NCBI GenBank assembly: GCA_040222015.1 | Contig: JAVJWO010000047.1 | Location: 32,001 to 96,000 of the forward strand | Length of the DNA: 64,000 nt | Source: Coleofasciculus chthonoplastes F2-STO-03 | GTDB lineage: Bacteria > Cyanobacteriota > Cyanobacteriia > Cyanobacteriales > Coleofasciculaceae | Direction: 5' to 3' | Shown here: in pieces, positions 60,870 through 64,000 of the stretch | How the letters are laid out: every line of letters begins with the position of its first letter | How positions within the stretch are numbered: the first letter of the stretch is position 1 | Notes under the pieces: generated by a model | What the model was told of the DNA's origin: nothing | Seen by the model: the letters and a program-made list of their open reading frames with translations, nothing else | Database searches by the model: none | Program-made: the position numbers and the translations under genes

Positions 60870-63008
60870 ATGTTGCTAGAGACTTTAAACTCACCAGAGT
60901 CTGTCCTCGCTCAAATGGATACATTTAGTACCGGGAAGTTAGAACTGTGGTTTCAGCCCGTTTATCAAACAGCGACGGGTGCTGTATTACACAATGAAAT
61001 ACTTCTGCGTTGGCGAGACGAAGCCGGAAATCTGCACTTACCCCAGGAATTCTTACCCACGTTGTCGGATACCGGACAACTGCAAAAGACTGATCGCGCC
61101 GTTATCCGTAAGGCAATAGAACTCTTAGCGGAACAGCCGGATCGATGCCTGTCGATTAATCTTTCGGGAGAGGGATTAAATAACTTTGAACTGATCGAAT
61201 ATATTGAAACACTTCTGGATCAGTCAGGAGTTGACCCGAAGCAACTGAGTTTTGAGCTAACCGAATCAACCATCGCCAAAGATTTTCCCACAATTCGGGC
61301 ATTTGTCCGCGAACTCAAAAGTCTCGGTTGTGCGATCGTTCTGGATAACTTTGCCAGTCGCGAATTAACATTGTTTCAATGTCAACAACTGGCGGTTGAT
61401 CTGGTTAAAGTTGATGGTCAACTCATCCAACGCTTAAAAACAGAACCGAGTAGTCGTGTCTTAACCAAAGCCATTCTCGAAGGCATTCAGGCGCTGAGTC
61501 AGGTGGCGGCTAAATTTGTCAGCGATGCGGTTACCCTCTCACTGGTGGAAGAAGTCGGGATTGATTTAGTCCAAGGACACCATCTTAAAACCCCTAGTCC
61601 AGCACCCGATTGGACGGAACTGGTTCGCCCAGAGGAGGAACAGGATTCACCCACGGCTGAAGTCCAAAAATCTACTCAATCCTGGCGTTTCCTGGTGGGA
61701 ACTGGGTTTGTGGTGCTGGGATTAGGGGCAGTTGGTGTGGGGATTGCCTCCATTGGCTATCGCCTCAGTCACTTAGTTGTAGACGGTAGCACGATTAACG
61801 GGCGAATTGTGCGGCTACAAGCGCCAACCACTGGCAATATTCAAGCCTTTTACGCCCAGCCAGGGGTCGTTGTGAAATCAGGACAACTTCTCGCCCGGAT
61901 TAGCCAAGAACCCAGTCCCCAAGAACAAGAAGCCCTACTCCGCCTAGAACGCGCCCAAGACCAAGAACAAATCCGCAATCAGCTTGAAAGTCTCGAATTA
62001 CAAGGGCAGATTCAGGTGAATGCAACTCAGCTAGCATCGGCAAAACAGTCCCTAGCATTACTGAAAACTCAGTTACAGCAACTTGAACGTCGAGACCAAG
62101 CCGTGCGCCAAGTGGATGTAGAACTGGGCTTAGAGTCGATTAAGGAACAACAAGCCGTGGTTCAAGCAGCACAGGCAAAAGCTGAAGCCGCCCGGTTAGA
62201 TTATCAACGGTATCAAAAGTTATTAGAAGCCGGGGGTGTATCCGCACAGGAAACCGATCAATTGCGCTTACTCTGGCAATCCGCACAAGCCGAAGTTCAG
62301 CAAGCCAAATCTGTCCTAGATGGGACGCAAAAGGCGGTCAATGCTGCCCAAGCGGGTATTGCTCGCAGTAATCGCAATAATATTATGGGCGGGGTTCTGT
62401 CCGATCAACGGATTAGTTTGCAGCAGACGATTCAACAGCAATCGGTGGTGGTGAATACGATGGAAGCTCAATTGGCTAAACTCAAGCAGCAGCTAAATAA
62501 CAGCCAGTCTCTACAAAAAAATGCCCCTTCTCTGGTTAATGATCTCAAACAACTGCAAAGCGAACGGAAAGTGCAAAACGTGTCAGCGCCTTTTGCGGGT
62601 GTTGTCTACACAGCGGAACGAGAACAAGGTGAACAAGTTAATCAGTTAGAACCGATAGTGACGCTACTCGATTGCAATAACCTGTGGGTAGAAACCGTGG
62701 TTAGCGCTGAACAAGCCAGTTCAATTAATACCGATAAACCCGTGACTGTAGGACTAGCAGGTTATGCCCAAACAGTCAAGGGTGAAATTGACTTAATTCA
62801 GCCAATTAGTAATATGCAACAGCTTAATAAGTTGACCCAGGTTCAAGCCCTACAGCCTGCGATTCCGCCTAAATTGGTGGGACAACCGTTGACGCGGATT
62901 ACAGTACAAATTCCACCGCCGCCGCAACATGAGAATTCCCAACAGTTCTGTGGATTGGGACAAGCGGCGAGGCTAACGTTTCCGAAGAAACTTTTTGGTA
63001 ATCGTTGA
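60870..63008 (+). CDS. Degenerate EAL domain fused to TM and HlyD-like membrane fusion domain
   Basis: FQPV, EILLRW, SINLS, FELTE, LDNF, VKVD and QG; then a TM segment, lipoyl halves (LQAPTTG..GQLL; VSAPFAG..GEQV) and a long coiled coil. Confidence 0.85.
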   Translation: MLLETLNSPESVLAQMDTFSTGKLELWFQPVYQTATGAVLHNEILLRWRDEAGNLHLPQEFLPTLSDTGQLQKTDRAVIRKAIELLAEQPDRCLSINLSGEGLNNFELIEYIETLLDQSGVDPKQLSFELTESTIAKDFPTIRAFVRELKSLGCAIVLDNFASRELTLFQCQQLAVDLVKVDGQLIQRLKTEPSSRVLTKAILEGIQALSQVAAKFVSDAVTLSLVEEVGIDLVQGHHLKTPSPAPDWTELVRPEEEQDSPTAEVQKSTQSWRFLVGTGFVVLGLGAVGVGIASIGYRLSHLVVDGSTINGRIVRLQAPTTGNIQAFYAQPGVVVKSGQLLARISQEPSPQEQEALLRLERAQDQEQIRNQLESLELQGQIQVNATQLASAKQSLALLKTQLQQLERRDQAVRQVDVELGLESIKEQQAVVQAAQAKAEAARLDYQRYQKLLEAGGVSAQETDQLRLLWQSAQAEVQQAKSVLDGTQKAVNAAQAGIARSNRNNIMGGVLSDQRISLQQTIQQQSVVVNTMEAQLAKLKQQLNNSQSLQKNAPSLVNDLKQLQSERKVQNVSAPFAGVVYTAEREQGEQVNQLEPIVTLLDCNNLWVETVVSAEQASSINTDKPVTVGLAGYAQTVKGEIDLIQPISNMQQLNKLTQVQALQPAIPPKLVGQPLTRITVQIPPPPQHENSQQFCGLGQAARLTFPKKLFGNR

Positions 63009-63315
63009 ATTGGGATTTATATCTCAATTTTTTTTATCTGTATTCCCTTGATTGCAAGTTTATAGGACTTAGGCAAAGGATCTATAGGTAGGGTGTGTTA
63101 GCGTAGCGTAACGCACCTTAACCAATATATATGGTTTGGCTGCGTAAGTCCTGGTTTAGTTACATCTTTTGTGAGGTAAAACATGATAACTGTAATCTCT
63201 CTTGGTCGGGGCGGGTTTAGTTACATCTGGGTGAGGTGACAAATGATAGTCGTAAAACCCGCCCCTACAAATAATTCAAGACGCGCCATGGCACGTCTCT
63301 ACATTCAAAAACTCT

Positions 63316-64000
63316 ATGACTCGACTATTTCGTTGGCAAAATATTTCGTCCTATCTCAATTGGTTCGCCCTGCTGAGTCTTTCCGCCTTCGGTTTTATTG
63401 GCTTTTACTTGCTGCGTAACCCAGAACAATTAGACCTATTAGGCATATCTGGTTTAATTAGTATGGGGCTGATCGGCATTTGGCGATGGTCATGGTGGGC
63501 GCTGCAAGTGATTCGTTCTCGGATTTACCTACACTGGGTTTTTCCCCGGTGGCGCAAACAAGCCGATCGCATCCCCCTTGACAAGTTACCGCCTGTTTGT
63601 TTATTAGTCCCTACCTATAAGGAAAAACCCTGGATCACGGAACGAGTCTTCCGAGTCATCGCCCAAGAAGCCCAAAGCCTCTCTCATCCCCTGACACTGC
63701 TAGTTACCAGTAGCAGTAATGCAGAAAATGCTGCCATTTTAAAGGTACTTAAATCCGTTGATCCGGAACTCAGTTGTATTCGCCTAATCCAAATGGTGCA
63801 GACGGGGGAAGGGAAGCGCAAAGCCATGGCGGATGGATTACGAGAATTAGCGCGTTTAAATCTACCCCAAAATGCCGTTGTTGGTTTAATGGATGGCGAT
63901 TCTGAACTGACGCCTGGAACCTTACGTCGCTGTTTGCCATTTTTTCGCCTATTTCCCAAAATGGGGGCGCTGACAACGGATGAGTTACCGATTGTTGAGG
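63316..64000 (+). CDS. Alg8-like family 2 glycosyltransferase (runs off the window; missing from the ORF track)
   Basis: Own translation from ATG 63316 includes LIGIWRWSWW, LVPTYKE, GEGKRKAMADGLR, VVGLMDGDSEL and PFFRLFPKMGALTTDE. Confidence 0.8.
   Translation, partial: MTRLFRWQNISSYLNWFALLSLSAFGFIGFYLLRNPEQLDLLGISGLISMGLIGIWRWSWWALQVIRSRIYLHWVFPRWRKQADRIPLDKLPPVCLLVPTYKEKPWITERVFRVIAQEAQSLSHPLTLLVTSSSNAENAAILKVLKSVDPELSCIRLIQMVQTGEGKRKAMADGLRELARLNLPQNAVVGLMDGDSELTPGTLRRCLPFFRLFPKMGALTTDELPIVE

Noticed and set aside
1..64000. tRNA or rRNA genes
   Set aside because: No cloverleaf or rRNA signature was recognised.

Overview
Chromosomal window from a cyanobacterium, probably filamentous: HIP1 (GCGATCGC) is abundant, 7-9 bp STRR tracts and GTAG-type REP-like palindromes are common, and petM and a ycf39-like gene are present. 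Left to right: two sulfotransferase-like genes, tenA, small conserved genes and the rimP-nusA-ylxR-infB operon, where a tnpB fragment is fused in frame ahead of ylxR. Next is a type I-D CRISPR-Cas island (WYL regulator, cas3, cas10d with an internal cas11d start, csc2, csc1, cas4, cas1, cas2, and no cas6) bracketed by two duplicated array-plus-leader modules of 20 and 14 repeats, beside a triplicated 3' end of the NAD kinase gene. After ycf39-like/petM/pdxA comes a four-gene cluster (2xSLATT-NDT-like-TPR-SLOG protein; TRPM-type LSDAT SLOG; SLATT-coiled coil-GH19 muramidase; small coiled-coil protein), the best candidate for an undescribed nucleotide-signalling defence or lysis system. The right part holds a cellulose-synthase-type cluster (porin, TPR, GH8, bcsB, bcsA), Uma2, UDP-glucose dehydrogenase, an intein-containing UDP-glucuronate decarboxylase, a tnpB-only IS element, and a degenerate EAL-HlyD fusion upstream of an Alg8-like glycosyltransferase cut by the window edge. 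All calls come from reading motifs by eye; no database searches were run.
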